Shown piece by piece: positions 19,084 through 28,927 of a stretch of DNA of 64,000 bases. The translations under genes were made by a program, and so were the position numbers. Source of the stretch: an uncultured Acidobacteriota bacterium (GTDB lineage: Bacteria > Acidobacteriota > Thermoanaerobaculia > Gp7-AA8); assembly GCA_963822445.1 (NCBI GenBank), contig CAWGHO010000001.1, positions 576,001 through 640,000 on the forward strand. The letters run 5' to 3'. The notes under the pieces were generated by a model. The model was not told the origin of the DNA and searched no databases. It was given only the letters and a program-made list of their open reading frames with translations. The stretch's first letter is position 1; every line of letters begins with the position of its first letter.

Positions 19084-20178
19084 CTAATCCGCTTTCCTGA
19101 GAAGTGTACCCGCCCTCTCGAGATCCAGCCTCCGCTCGCGTCGCGCCACGAACGCCTCTTCGAACGCGACCTGCACGATCGCGGCGACGGGGATGGCGAT
19201 GATCGCGCCGATGATGCCGAGGAGCGACGCGCCGATCATGAAGGCGATGAACACGGCCAGCGGCGAGACCTGCACTTTGCGCGACATCACCCGCGGGACG
19301 ATGAACCAGTTCTCCGCCTTCTGCAGCAGCACGGCGAAGATCAGCACGGCCCAGAACTGCCAGCGCGAATGCAGCAGGGCGATGGCCAGCGCGGGAACGG
19401 CGCCGACGGTCGGGCCGATCACCGGAATCAACTCGCCGACCGCGGCGATGATCGCCAGCGGCAGCGCGTACGGCACGCGCAACGCCAGCAGTCCGACGAA
19501 CGTCGTGACGCCGATGATCGCGCAGAGCAAAAGTTGTCCGGACAGCCAGGAGCTCATCTTCCGCGCGATCCGGCGCATGGTTCCGCGCCGCTCGCCACGC
19601 ACTTCGGGCGGGTAGATGAGCAGGAAGAGGTTCCGCAGCCGTTCCCCGTCGATGAGCATGTACGCGACCATGAACAACACCGCGAACACCGATGCGATGG
19701 CCGCGGCGGCGTTGCGCATGTAAGCGAAGACGCGCGACCGCGGAAGCTCGACGCCGTCGCGCAGCTCTTCGCGAACGACGCCCACGGGAACCCCGAATCC
19801 TGCCAGCGGTTCCAGGATATTGGTCTCGATGAGCGCCGGCAGCCGGTCGCCCAGCTCCTGAGTGTCGTGAATGAATCGCGGCACGATCACCACGCCGATC
19901 AGCAGGACCAGGAGCAGGAACGGCAGGTAGACGATCATCACCGCCGTTCCACGTGAGAGCTGTTTGCGGAAGTTGTAGCGCCACAGAATGCGCACGCGGC
20001 GCACCGCGGGAGAGATGCCCGCCGCGATGACCGCGGCGATGAAGATGAGCAGCAAGACATCGCGCGCGTTCCACAACAGAAGCGCCGCGGCGCCGGAGGC
20101 GAGGACGATCAGCACTTTGCGAGTGAAGAGCTCCAGCTCGCTGCGACCGGTTCCGGGAAGTCGGGTGAGTTGGGCCAC
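19084..20178 (-). CDS. AI-2E family transporter
   Basis: Multi-TM; WLSGQLL, ELIPVIGP, ENWFIVPRVM, GIIGAIIAIP. Confidence 0.92.
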   Translation of the reverse strand: MAQLTRLPGTGRSELELFTRKVLIVLASGAAALLLWNARDVLLLIFIAAVIAAGISPAVRRVRILWRYNFRKQLSRGTAVMIVYLPFLLLVLLIGVVIVPRFIHDTQELGDRLPALIETNILEPLAGFGVPVGVVREELRDGVELPRSRVFAYMRNAAAAIASVFAVLFMVAYMLIDGERLRNLFLLIYPPEVRGERRGTMRRIARKMSSWLSGQLLLCAIIGVTTFVGLLALRVPYALPLAIIAAVGELIPVIGPTVGAVPALAIALLHSRWQFWAVLIFAVLLQKAENWFIVPRVMSRKVQVSPLAVFIAFMIGASLLGIIGAIIAIPVAAIVQVAFEEAFVARRERRLDLERAGTLLRKAD

Positions 20179-20182
20179 TGGG

Positions 20183-20626
20183 TTATCCGAGGAACCGTTC
20201 GATGGCGGCCTCGACGTGACCTTTCGGGACGGCGCCGGTGACCCGGCCTTTTTCCGCGCCGTCGCGGAAGAAGACCAGCAGAGGAATGCCCTGCACGCCG
20301 AACGCGGACGCGGTGCGCGGGTTCTGATCGACGTTCAGTTTTCCGAAGCGCACGTCGTTCCGCTCGCGGGCCAGCTCTTCGATGACCGGGCCGATCATCC
20401 GGCACGGGCCGCACCACGCCGCCCAGAAATCGACGACGCAGGCGCCCGCGGCAATGGCCGAGCGGAAGTTCGCATCGGTGAGCTCGACGGGATGGCCGGT
20501 CTCGTTCGTCAGCGGCGCCTTGCAGCGGCCGCAGACCGCCCGCTTCCCGGCCGAAAGACGAGGTATGCGGTTGGCCTGGCCGCAGGAGGCGCAGCGGACC
20601 AATTCGCCGAGAGCGTCATTGCTCAT
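20183..20626 (-). CDS. trxC: Zinc-finger thioredoxin (Trx2)
   Basis: CASC..ANR...CGRC plus WAAWCGPC. Confidence 0.9.
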   Translation of the reverse strand: MSNDALGELVRCASCGQANRIPRLSAGKRAVCGRCKAPLTNETGHPVELTDANFRSAIAAGACVVDFWAAWCGPCRMIGPVIEELARERNDVRFGKLNVDQNPRTASAFGVQGIPLLVFFRDGAEKGRVTGAVPKGHVEAAIERFLG

Positions 20627-20666
20627 GCCGAGCACTACTGCGAAATCGAGGCCGTCCGCTGCCAGA

Positions 20667-21488
20667 ATGCGGCCTGTGATCAACACCGCCTCACGCGACG
20701 ATCTCCCCGCGCTGACCGAGCTCTTCCGAAGGGCGAATGACGCGCCGTACGACCTCTCCGTGGTGACCGAGGAGAAGTGCTTCGGACGGGGCATCGCCGG
20801 GGAGCCGATTCCGCGGATTTATGAGCGGGGCGGGCGGATCGTCGGCGCGGCGGTGACTTGTGGGAAGTGGCTGAGGATCCTCGCCGTCGATCGCGAGTTT
20901 CGGCGGCAGGGCATTGGAAGCGAGTTGTTGGCGGATGCGGAGTTGCTGGGGGCGAAGGTCATCGCGGCGGAACCGGGGAACTACTTCACGCCCGGAGTGC
21001 TGGACGGGGAGTTTTTCATCAAGCGCGGATATGTGGAGAAGGCAAAGACGTGGAATGTCGAGGTCGATCTGAGCGGCTTCGCCGCGACGGAAAGCGGTGG
21101 CAGAGCCACCGCACTCCAACGCGAGCGCGTGCTCGACTTCATCGAGCGCGAATTCGGGCGCATCTGGCGGTTCGAGGCGGCGGCGGCGTTCGATCAGGAT
21201 CTGCCCACGATCTTCATCGAGGAAGTGGACGGCGAGATCACCGGATTCGCCGCCCACGACGTCAATAATCGAGGCCTCGGATTTTTCGGTCCGACCGGAG
21301 TGAAGAAATCGATGCGCGGCCGTGGAATCGGCTGCAGGCTGCTGCGTGCGTCCCTCGCCGATCTGCGCCGTCTCGGCTACGAGCGCGCGGTCATTCCCTG
21401 GACCGATGCGCTCGACTTTTACGCGAAGTGCTGTGGCGCAAAACCCGCACACCAGTTCGTTGGGTTTGGCATAGACTCCGCGCCGTGA
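20667..21488 (+). CDS. Tandem GNAT acetyltransferase
   Basis: Two motif-A copies: VDREFRRQGIG and FGPTGV..MRGRGIG. Confidence 0.85.
   Translation: MRPVINTASRDDLPALTELFRRANDAPYDLSVVTEEKCFGRGIAGEPIPRIYERGGRIVGAAVTCGKWLRILAVDREFRRQGIGSELLADAELLGAKVIAAEPGNYFTPGVLDGEFFIKRGYVEKAKTWNVEVDLSGFAATESGGRATALQRERVLDFIEREFGRIWRFEAAAAFDQDLPTIFIEEVDGEITGFAAHDVNNRGLGFFGPTGVKKSMRGRGIGCRLLRASLADLRRLGYERAVIPWTDALDFYAKCCGAKPAHQFVGFGIDSAP
21091..21119 (-). repeat. TTGGAGTGCGG-family palindrome, in frame in the GNAT linker
   Basis: Reverse strand reads TTGGAGT-GCGGTGGC-TCT-GCCACCGC-TTT; copies at 41478 and 48152. Confidence 0.8.
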
Positions 21489-22189
21489 AAAAGACTGAAA
21501 AAAAGGAACGCAGAGCGCTGCGCAAAGGCAAGCGGCGACAGCACTTCCTCCCGCTGGCCATCGGCCGCAGCGGCGGTGTCGTCCTCGGCGCCCTGGCCTT
21601 CTGGTTCTTCAAGACGCAGGCGGACCATGTCGTCGAAGGACGCGCCGATCGCGTCGACGAAGCGGTGATGGAAGCGGTCCACAAGATCGACAACCCGCAC
21701 ATGGGCAGGCTCATGCACCTGGCCACGCAACTCGGATCGCACGCCGCCATCGGCACCGCCGCGGGATTGACGGCCCTGATGATGATGCGCCGCGGCCGCA
21801 AACATGACGCGTGGACGGTCGTCGTATCGACCGGCGGCGCGATGGCCATCAACACCATCCTCAAGAACATCTTCCGCCGCCAGCGGCCGAAGGAGCTGGC
21901 CCGCCGCATCAAGCTGCCGCGCTCGCACAGCTTTCCCAGCGGACACTCGCTGCTATCCGCGGCGACGTACCCGATCGTCGCTCACCATCTCGTGGAGAAC
22001 CACTCGCTGCCGGTGCAGGCCGTGGCCCATTCGCTGGCCGGCATGATCGTGCTGAGCGTCGGGTTCTCACGCGTGTACTTCGGCGTACACTTCCCGTCCG
22101 ACGTTCTCGGCGGATTTGCCGCCGGATTCGGCTGGCTCGGCCTGACCTCACTGTCACACACCGCGGCCGAAGCGGCGGACAACGACTGA
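21485..22189 (+). CDS. PAP2 family phosphatase
   Basis: K...RQRP, SFPSGHS, SRVYFGVHFPSDV; GTGA overlap with GNAT stop. Confidence 0.92.
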   Translation: MKKTEKKERRALRKGKRRQHFLPLAIGRSGGVVLGALAFWFFKTQADHVVEGRADRVDEAVMEAVHKIDNPHMGRLMHLATQLGSHAAIGTAAGLTALMMMRRGRKHDAWTVVVSTGGAMAINTILKNIFRRQRPKELARRIKLPRSHSFPSGHSLLSAATYPIVAHHLVENHSLPVQAVAHSLAGMIVLSVGFSRVYFGVHFPSDVLGGFAAGFGWLGLTSLSHTAAEAADND

Positions 22190-22205
22190 CGGAAACTCAA
22201 CTCAA

Positions 22206-25200
22206 ATGTCATCAGTAGCTTTTGGCGCCAACATCGCCTTCATCGAAGAGCTGTATGAGAAGTATCGCAACGACCCGGGCTCGGTCAGCGCGAGCTGGCG
22301 GGAGTTTTTTGCGGATTACGATCCGGAAAGCGAGGAAGAGGAAGAACAAACTCCTCAATCCTCAATCCTCAATCCTCAATCCGTTTCCCCTCCCCCGCCC
22401 GAGGTAGGCCGGGAGGCCCACACTACACCGGCGGCGCCGCGGCCGACACCGGTGCCGGTGCCCGCTGCCCCCAAACCCGGCCAAACGCCTGTCGCGTTGC
22501 GCGGGGCGGCTTCGAAGATCGTCGCGAACATGGAGACGTCGCTCACCGTCCCCACGGCGACGTCGGTCCGCAACATCCCCGTCAAGGCCCTCGAGGAAAA
22601 CCGCCGCGTCATCAACAACCACCTCGCCCTGCAGGGGCAGTCGAAGGCGTCCTTCACGCACATCATCGCGTGGGCGCTGGTGAAGGCACTCAAAGACCAT
22701 CCGCGGATGAACTCCTCGTTCACGGTCGTCGACGGCGTCCCCAACCGCATCGACCGTGACGACGTGAACCTCGGCCTGGCCATCGACATCGAGCGCAAGG
22801 ACGGATCGCGCTCCCTGCTCGTCCCGAACGTGAAACGCGCGAACACGCTCGACTTCGCGCATTTCCTCAAGGCCTACAACGATCTCGTGCGCAAGGCGCG
22901 CGCGAACACGCTCGAAGTCGCCGATTTTGAAGGAACCTCGATCTCGCTCACGAATCCCGGCACGATCGGCACGGTCGCTTCCGTTCCGCGGCTGATGCAG
23001 ACCCAGGGAACGATCATCGCCACCGGCCAGATCGACTATCCCGCCGAATACTCGGCCGCCGATCCCAGCGTCCTCGCCGATCTCGGCATCTCCAAGATCA
23101 TGACGATGACGTCGACCTACGACCATCGCATCATCCAGGGAGCGGAATCGGGCGCGTTCCTGGCCCGCGTCCACGAGCTGCTCCTCGGCGCCGACGCGTT
23201 CTACGACGACATCTATCGCGACCTGCGCATCCCCTACGAGCCGGTGCGCTGGTCGAAAGACCGCCATCGCCTGCAGATCGGCAGCACGGCCACCGACGAC
23301 ATCGTCGCGCGCGAAGCCGCGGCCCTGCAGATCATCAACGCCTATCGCGTTCGCGGACACCTGCTCGCCGATCTCGATCCGCTCGAATACAAAGTCCATC
23401 GCCACCCGGAGCTCGATCCGCAGTTCTACGGCTTCACGCTCTGGGATCTCGATCGCGAGTTCGTCTGCGGCGGCCTTTGCGGAAAGCAGCAGGGCAAACT
23501 GCGGGCCATTCTCGACACCCTGCGCGAGACGTATTGCGGCAAGCTCGCGCCGGAGTACATGTTCATCCAGGAGACCGTGCAGAAGCGCTGGCTCCAGGAC
23601 CGGATGGAGCCGACGCGCAACAAGCAGCCGCTCGACGGCGCGACCAAGCGCCGCATCCTGATGAAGCTCAATGACGCCGAGGCGTTCGAGAAGTTTCTGC
23701 ACACGAAGTACGTCGGACACAAGCGGTTCTCGCTCGAAGGCGCGGAGTCGCTGATTCCGATGCTCGACGTGGTCTTCAACGAAGCGGCCTCGGACGGCGT
23801 GGTCGAAGGCGTGATCGGCATGGCTCACCGCGGCCGCCTGAACGTGCTCGCCAACACGCTCGGCAAGTCGTACGAGCAGATCTTCCGCGAGTTCGAAGGG
23901 GACATCGACCCGAACTCCCGCGAGGGCTCCGGCGACGTGAAGTACCACCTCGGCGCCGACGGCATGCATCAGACGCCCGGCGGCGAATTCATGAAGCTCT
24001 CGCTCGCATCGAACCCGTCGCACCTCGAGGCGGTCGATCCGATCGTCGAGGGAATGGTTCGCGCGAAGCAGCACCTGATCAACGATCGCAATCGCTCGCT
24101 CGTTCTGCCGGTGCTGCTGCATGGCGACGCGGCGTTCGCGGGACAGGGCGTCGTCGCGGAAACGCTGAACCTCTCCCAGCTTCAGGGCTATCGCACCGGC
24201 GGCACGATTCACATCGTCATCAACAACCAGATCGGGTTCACGACTGGTCCCGAGGCGGCGCGTTCATCCGTGTACGCGACCGACGTCGCGAAGATGGTGC
24301 AGGCGCCGATCTTCCACGTGAACGGCGATGATCCCGAGGCCTGCGTGCGTGCGGTCAAGCTCGCGTACGACTTCCGCCAGCAGTTTCACAAGGATGTCGT
24401 CATCGACCTGATCTGCTATCGCCGGCACGGCCACAACGAAGGCGACGAGCCGTCGCTGACGCAGCCGAAGATGTACAAGATGATCAAGGAGCATCGCTCG
24501 GTGCGGAAGATCTACACCGAACAGCTCCTGCGCAAAGGGGACATCAGCCCCGAGGAAGCCGAGCAGTGGCTCGATCAGTTCCAGGCGAAGCTGCAGGAAG
24601 CGTTCGACAAGACGAAGGAGCAGGAAGCGCCGGATCACGGCCGCGACCCGCTCTGGACCGACGAGGACGTGACCGGCTATCAGAAAGAGCCGTCGCCGGA
24701 CACCAGCATCAGCACCGAAGTGCTGGAGAAAGTTCGCGCCGCGCTCACGACCGCGCCGGAAGGCTTCACGCTGCATCCGAAGCTCAAGCCGGTGCTGGCG
24801 AAGCGCAAAGCGATGTCGGAAGGTGCGGAAGGGATGGACTGGGGGACGGCGGAACAGATCGCGTTCGGATCGCTGCTCGTCGACGGCTTTCGCGTGCGTC
24901 TCAGCGGACAGGACGTCGGCCGCGGCACCTTCTCGCACCGCCACTCCATCCTGTACGACAACGTGACCGGCGAAGGGTACGTGCCGCTCAACGCATTGCG
25001 GCGCGACGCGCAGCCGGCCGCCGCTGCCGATCCGGTGGTGATGGACAACGCACTGACGACGGAGACCAACGACGCCGTCGCGGAAGTCAGCTTCGCTGTC
25101 TACGACTCCCTGCTCTCCGAATACGGCGTCCTCGGATTCGAGTACGGCTACTCGGTCGCCGATCCGGGCGCGCTGGTGATCTGGGAAGCGCAGTTCGGCG

Positions 25201-25925
25201 ATTTCATGAACGGCGCGCAGATCATCATCGACCAGTTCCTCTCGTCCGCCGAAGAGAAGTGGGGACAGCACAGCGGTCTGGTGCTGAATCTGCCGCACGG
25301 TTACGAAGGCCAGGGTCCGGAGCATTCCTCGGCGCGGCTGGAACGGTTCCTCACGCTCTGCGCCGAGGGCAACATGCAGGTCATTTATCCAACGACGCCC
25401 GCGCAGTACTTCCATGCCCTGCGCCGGCAGATGAAGAACAATCCGCGCAAGCCGCTGATCGTGATGACGCCGAAGTCGCTGCTGCGCCATCCGATGGCAA
25501 CGTCGACTGTCGACGAGCTGACGTCGGGACGCTTCGAGCCGGTGCTGCACGACGTGGCCACGAGCGACGAAGTCCAGCGCGTCGTCCTCACCTCCGGCAA
25601 GGTTTACTACGACCTTCGCCAGGCGCGCGACAAGGCCAACGCCAAAGTGGCCATCCTGCGGCTCGAGCAGTACTACCCGTTCCCGCAGACGATGCTGTCC
25701 GAAGCGTTGCGCGGATATCCGAATGCGACCGAGATCCTGTGGGTGCAGGAAGAGCCGCGCAACATGGGCGCCTGGCCGTTCGTGCATGAGCGTTTGCAGG
25801 CCGTCATCGGCGGCAACCAGAAACTGCGCTACGTCGGCCGTCCGCTCGCGGCGGCACCGGCCACGGGATCGCATCACCGTCACGACGAGCAGCAGAAGGC
25901 GCTCGTCGATCGCGCCTTGTCGTGA
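22206..25925 (+). CDS. sucA: Multifunctional 2-oxoglutarate decarboxylase/dehydrogenase (E2 catalytic-E1 fusion, Kgd/OdhA type)
   Basis: TYDHRIIQGA E2 motif; GMAHRGRLN, HGDAAF ThDP motif, HGYEGQGPEHSS. Confidence 0.95.
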   Translation: MSSVAFGANIAFIEELYEKYRNDPGSVSASWREFFADYDPESEEEEEQTPQSSILNPQSVSPPPPEVGREAHTTPAAPRPTPVPVPAAPKPGQTPVALRGAASKIVANMETSLTVPTATSVRNIPVKALEENRRVINNHLALQGQSKASFTHIIAWALVKALKDHPRMNSSFTVVDGVPNRIDRDDVNLGLAIDIERKDGSRSLLVPNVKRANTLDFAHFLKAYNDLVRKARANTLEVADFEGTSISLTNPGTIGTVASVPRLMQTQGTIIATGQIDYPAEYSAADPSVLADLGISKIMTMTSTYDHRIIQGAESGAFLARVHELLLGADAFYDDIYRDLRIPYEPVRWSKDRHRLQIGSTATDDIVAREAAALQIINAYRVRGHLLADLDPLEYKVHRHPELDPQFYGFTLWDLDREFVCGGLCGKQQGKLRAILDTLRETYCGKLAPEYMFIQETVQKRWLQDRMEPTRNKQPLDGATKRRILMKLNDAEAFEKFLHTKYVGHKRFSLEGAESLIPMLDVVFNEAASDGVVEGVIGMAHRGRLNVLANTLGKSYEQIFREFEGDIDPNSREGSGDVKYHLGADGMHQTPGGEFMKLSLASNPSHLEAVDPIVEGMVRAKQHLINDRNRSLVLPVLLHGDAAFAGQGVVAETLNLSQLQGYRTGGTIHIVINNQIGFTTGPEAARSSVYATDVAKMVQAPIFHVNGDDPEACVRAVKLAYDFRQQFHKDVVIDLICYRRHGHNEGDEPSLTQPKMYKMIKEHRSVRKIYTEQLLRKGDISPEEAEQWLDQFQAKLQEAFDKTKEQEAPDHGRDPLWTDEDVTGYQKEPSPDTSISTEVLEKVRAALTTAPEGFTLHPKLKPVLAKRKAMSEGAEGMDWGTAEQIAFGSLLVDGFRVRLSGQDVGRGTFSHRHSILYDNVTGEGYVPLNALRRDAQPAAAADPVVMDNALTTETNDAVAEVSFAVYDSLLSEYGVLGFEYGYSVADPGALVIWEAQFGDFMNGAQIIIDQFLSSAEEKWGQHSGLVLNLPHGYEGQGPEHSSARLERFLTLCAEGNMQVIYPTTPAQYFHALRRQMKNNPRKPLIVMTPKSLLRHPMATSTVDELTSGRFEPVLHDVATSDEVQRVVLTSGKVYYDLRQARDKANAKVAILRLEQYYPFPQTMLSEALRGYPNATEILWVQEEPRNMGAWPFVHERLQAVIGGNQKLRYVGRPLAAAPATGSHHRHDEQQKALVDRALS
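22352..22382 (+). repeat. (TCCTCAA)x4 heptamer tandem repeat inside the kgd N-terminal linker
   Basis: Direct reading; same unit at 36844-36925. Confidence 0.85.
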
Positions 25926-27400
25926 TCGGCGACGTGACCGGCGATTCCGCTCGACGACGATACGGAGCCCTCGTGGCTCCGTTTCTCTTTCTGGCAGCGG
26001 CTGTGGTGGGAGTGTTGCGATGGCAGGCCGCGCATCCGTTGCCGATGCGCTGGGACGAAGCGAACTACGTCAATTTCGCGATCGCCGATCACCGCTTCTT
26101 CGCCACCGGCGGATTGATGCGGGTCGTGAAAGCGCTGGTGTTCGAGGATCCGGTCCGTCCGCCCGCGTATCGCGCGCTGGCGTTGCCGGTGACGATGTTC
26201 GTCGAGCCGACGATGCCTCTGTTGCGGGCCATCTCGCTGATCGGAACGGCAATCGCGGCCTGGCTGCTCTATCTCGCCTGGCGGCGCGTGACCACGCCGT
26301 TTCCCGCCGCAACGATGGTCGCACTCACCTTCCTCACACCCGCCGTGCTCGTTTCGGCAGGCTGGTTCGGCACCGAGTATCCGCTGTTCATCGCGGTGGC
26401 CTTGCTGATGCTCGCGCTCATCCCGCGACCTTCCTTCCTTCCGCTGATGCTCTCCGTCGCCCTCGGCCTGCTTTCGAAATCGACGTTTTTCATGATCGCC
26501 GGCGCGCCGCTGGCGATGGCGGCCATGTTTGCGTGGCACGATCGCAACCGCCGCGACTTTCTGACGCTCGCCGGAGGCTCGCTGGCCGGCGCGGTGATCG
26601 CCTCGGGCTGGTGGATCTGGCACGTGCAGCCGGCTCTCGCATTCGCGCAGTACGGCCGGATCTTTCCGCGCGAAGCGACGGATTCGATCGTCGAGAAGCT
26701 GCGGGAGCTCGTCGTTCCCGGCTTCGGCGCGGCGATGTTCGTGGCCATGTTGTTGCTCGTCGTGGCCTCGATTCGCACGAGCGGCACACGGGCTCGCTGG
26801 CTCGCGGCCGCGGCCTCGCTTCCCCTGATCGCGTTCGCCTTTTTCTCGCCGGCGTTCACGGCCCGGCATCTCTCCCCCGCCTTGTTGACCCTACCGATGC
26901 TCGCGTTGCCCGTGCTGGAGAAACGGTCGCGTCTCGCGATGATCGCTCTCGGCATCGCAGCGCTTCAGGCGATTGCACTCGTCGTCGCGCCGTTGCGTGT
27001 GCTGCCGCATGTCGAACAAACCGATTTCGCCGTCCTGCGTACGCTCATCCCCGGGCCTCGCCCGAAGATCGCGTATCTCGGCGGATGGAGCTCGCTTTCG
27101 CCGCCCGAGGTCCGTCACGCGTGGGTCCGCAATGGTCAGGATGCGGAGGTGGGATGGCTGTGGAACTGCGAGGATCCGCCGATCGACTGGCAGAAGGTCA
27201 TGGCCACCGCGCTCGATGCCGATAGCGTGTTTGTCGTTGCGCCGGAGGCGTCGTCGCGCGAAGCGTTCACCCAGTGCGACAACGCACACAATCGCGAATT
27301 CATCGAGCGCATCAACGCAAGCGGCAGGTTCGCGACACCGGTCCGCGTGCCGATCGGGAATCGCGAACGCGCCGAAGTCCTCGTCTTCGCGAAGCGCTGA
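25922..27400 (+). CDS. Membrane protein, GT-C glycosyltransferase-like (ArnT/PMT-like)
   Basis: WDEANY and RPP in first loop, TEYP, GLLSK, many TMs. Confidence 0.65.
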   Translation: MIGDVTGDSARRRYGALVAPFLFLAAAVVGVLRWQAAHPLPMRWDEANYVNFAIADHRFFATGGLMRVVKALVFEDPVRPPAYRALALPVTMFVEPTMPLLRAISLIGTAIAAWLLYLAWRRVTTPFPAATMVALTFLTPAVLVSAGWFGTEYPLFIAVALLMLALIPRPSFLPLMLSVALGLLSKSTFFMIAGAPLAMAAMFAWHDRNRRDFLTLAGGSLAGAVIASGWWIWHVQPALAFAQYGRIFPREATDSIVEKLRELVVPGFGAAMFVAMLLLVVASIRTSGTRARWLAAAASLPLIAFAFFSPAFTARHLSPALLTLPMLALPVLEKRSRLAMIALGIAALQAIALVVAPLRVLPHVEQTDFAVLRTLIPGPRPKIAYLGGWSSLSPPEVRHAWVRNGQDAEVGWLWNCEDPPIDWQKVMATALDADSVFVVAPEASSREAFTQCDNAHNREFIERINASGRFATPVRVPIGNRERAEVLVFAKR

Positions 27401-27844
27401 TCAGATCTCGAGCAGAGGCAGCGTCCGATCGGGCGCGCCCGGCATCGGACCGGCCACATCGCCCACGCGCCGCGCTCCGAGCTTGATGTAGAAGCCGAGC
27501 GCATTCGGATCGGCGACGACCATCATCACGCCAGGCGCGGAGTTGCGCGCGTGCTCGACGAGCGCCCGCCCCACACCGCGTCCATGCACTTCCGGATCGA
27601 CCCACACGTGCTCGAGCATCACCCGCTCATCGGCTTCCTGCAGTTGGCAGACGCCGACGACTTTGTCGCCGAGGGAGGCGACGAAAGTGGGATGGCGATC
27701 GATCATCTCCGCGGTGATCGACAGATCGGCGTGCCATGAGTCCAGCCATTCCGCGGGATAGTTCCAGTGAGCCTTCGCCGCGCGTGCGAGCTCGGTGGCG
27801 CGCTCGGAATCGGAGGGCGTCGCACGGCGGATCTGGATCGGCAT
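27401..27844 (-). CDS. GNAT acetyltransferase
   Basis: VWVDPEVHGRGVGRAL, ADPNALGFY. Confidence 0.9.
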   Translation of the reverse strand: MPIQIRRATPSDSERATELARAAKAHWNYPAEWLDSWHADLSITAEMIDRHPTFVASLGDKVVGVCQLQEADERVMLEHVWVDPEVHGRGVGRALVEHARNSAPGVMMVVADPNALGFYIKLGARRVGDVAGPMPGAPDRTLPLLEI

Positions 27845-27862
27845 GGGCGCGATTATGCGCTC

Positions 27863-28333
27863 TTAGCCAAGCAGTTGGCGATGCCAGGATTCAGCCGCCG
27901 GACGTTCCCAGGCACCGGTGCGGACCGAGCCGAGCTGCTCCGCGGTGACGTCGAAAACCGGCGTAGCGAGGTCAGCGGCGTTGCGGAACTCCTGGCGAGG
28001 CACGGCGCGAATCTGGCCGTTATCGCGCAGGAAAATCCGGTTCGCGTCGAGGATCTGCACGCCGAGCTCGCGCTCGAGCTCGCGGAGCACGCCGAACATC
28101 CGGTCGATCGAGCACCCCGAGCGCTCGCTGGTCTCATCGGCGGCGATGATCAGAAAACTCCCCTCGCGCAGGTCGCGCCCGCCACGGATGGGATTGCCGT
28201 GGGCGGCCCATTGGTCGAGAAAGGCATCGACCTTCGAAAGCAGCCTCGCCTGCTGCCCCTCATCGAGGGCGGGCGAGACTCCGAAGATCCAGACGTGAGC
28301 GTTGTTGGAGAGCTGATTGATGTCGACGCGCAT
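27863..28333 (-). CDS. Conserved hypothetical protein (SGCSID motif)
   Basis: VWIF, WAAHG, SGCSID motifs; host-like codon usage. Confidence 0.7.
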   Translation of the reverse strand: MRVDINQLSNNAHVWIFGVSPALDEGQQARLLSKVDAFLDQWAAHGNPIRGGRDLREGSFLIIAADETSERSGCSIDRMFGVLRELERELGVQILDANRIFLRDNGQIRAVPRQEFRNAADLATPVFDVTAEQLGSVRTGAWERPAAESWHRQLLG

Positions 28334-28376
28334 GGTTGGGAAATGAACGATTGCCGTTGCCGTTAAACTCCCCGCC

Positions 28377-28835
28377 GTGAGCATCGCCCGCATCCTCGAC
28401 ATGCTGACCGCCCGCCCCGCTGAGCCGCAACCGCGGCAGAAGCACGACCCCCTGCCGCTGGCCACGGCCGCGGTGCTGCTCGACATCGCCTACGCCGACG
28501 GCGCGTTCAGTCCGGCCGAGGATGGCAATGTCGTGGGATTCCTCACCGAGCGGTTCAAGCTCGACGCCGCCGATGCCAAGGAACTGCTCGAAGCCGCGGA
28601 CGAGATCCGCCGCAACATGGTCGACCACTTCGCCCTCACCCACTACATCCGCAAGAACACCCCGCTGCACGAGCGGATCGACATCGTGAAGACGATGTGG
28701 CGCCTCGTCTACAGCGACGGCAAGCTGACCGATTACGAGGGCTACCTGGTGCGCAAGATCGCCGACCTGCTCGGCCTCGAGCATCGAGTGATGATCGATG
28801 CAAAGTCGGCGGTGCTGGATGAGCTTGGGCGCTGA
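28377..28835 (+). CDS. TerB family protein
   Basis: IAYADGAFSPAE and VYSDGKLTDYE motifs. Confidence 0.88.
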   Translation: MSIARILDMLTARPAEPQPRQKHDPLPLATAAVLLDIAYADGAFSPAEDGNVVGFLTERFKLDAADAKELLEAADEIRRNMVDHFALTHYIRKNTPLHERIDIVKTMWRLVYSDGKLTDYEGYLVRKIADLLGLEHRVMIDAKSAVLDELGR

Positions 28836-28923
28836 GTTACGGGGTTGCGGGGTTACGAGGGAGAGCCGACACCTGACGACATCGGGGCTCCCTCGAAACC
28901 CCGTAACCTCGAAACCCCGAAAC
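28836..28923. repeat. Inverted octamer tandem repeats (GGTTRCGR / CCYCGWAA) forming a long hairpin
   Basis: Located between convergent terB-like and agmatinase genes. Confidence 0.75.
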
Positions 28924-28927
28924 GCAA

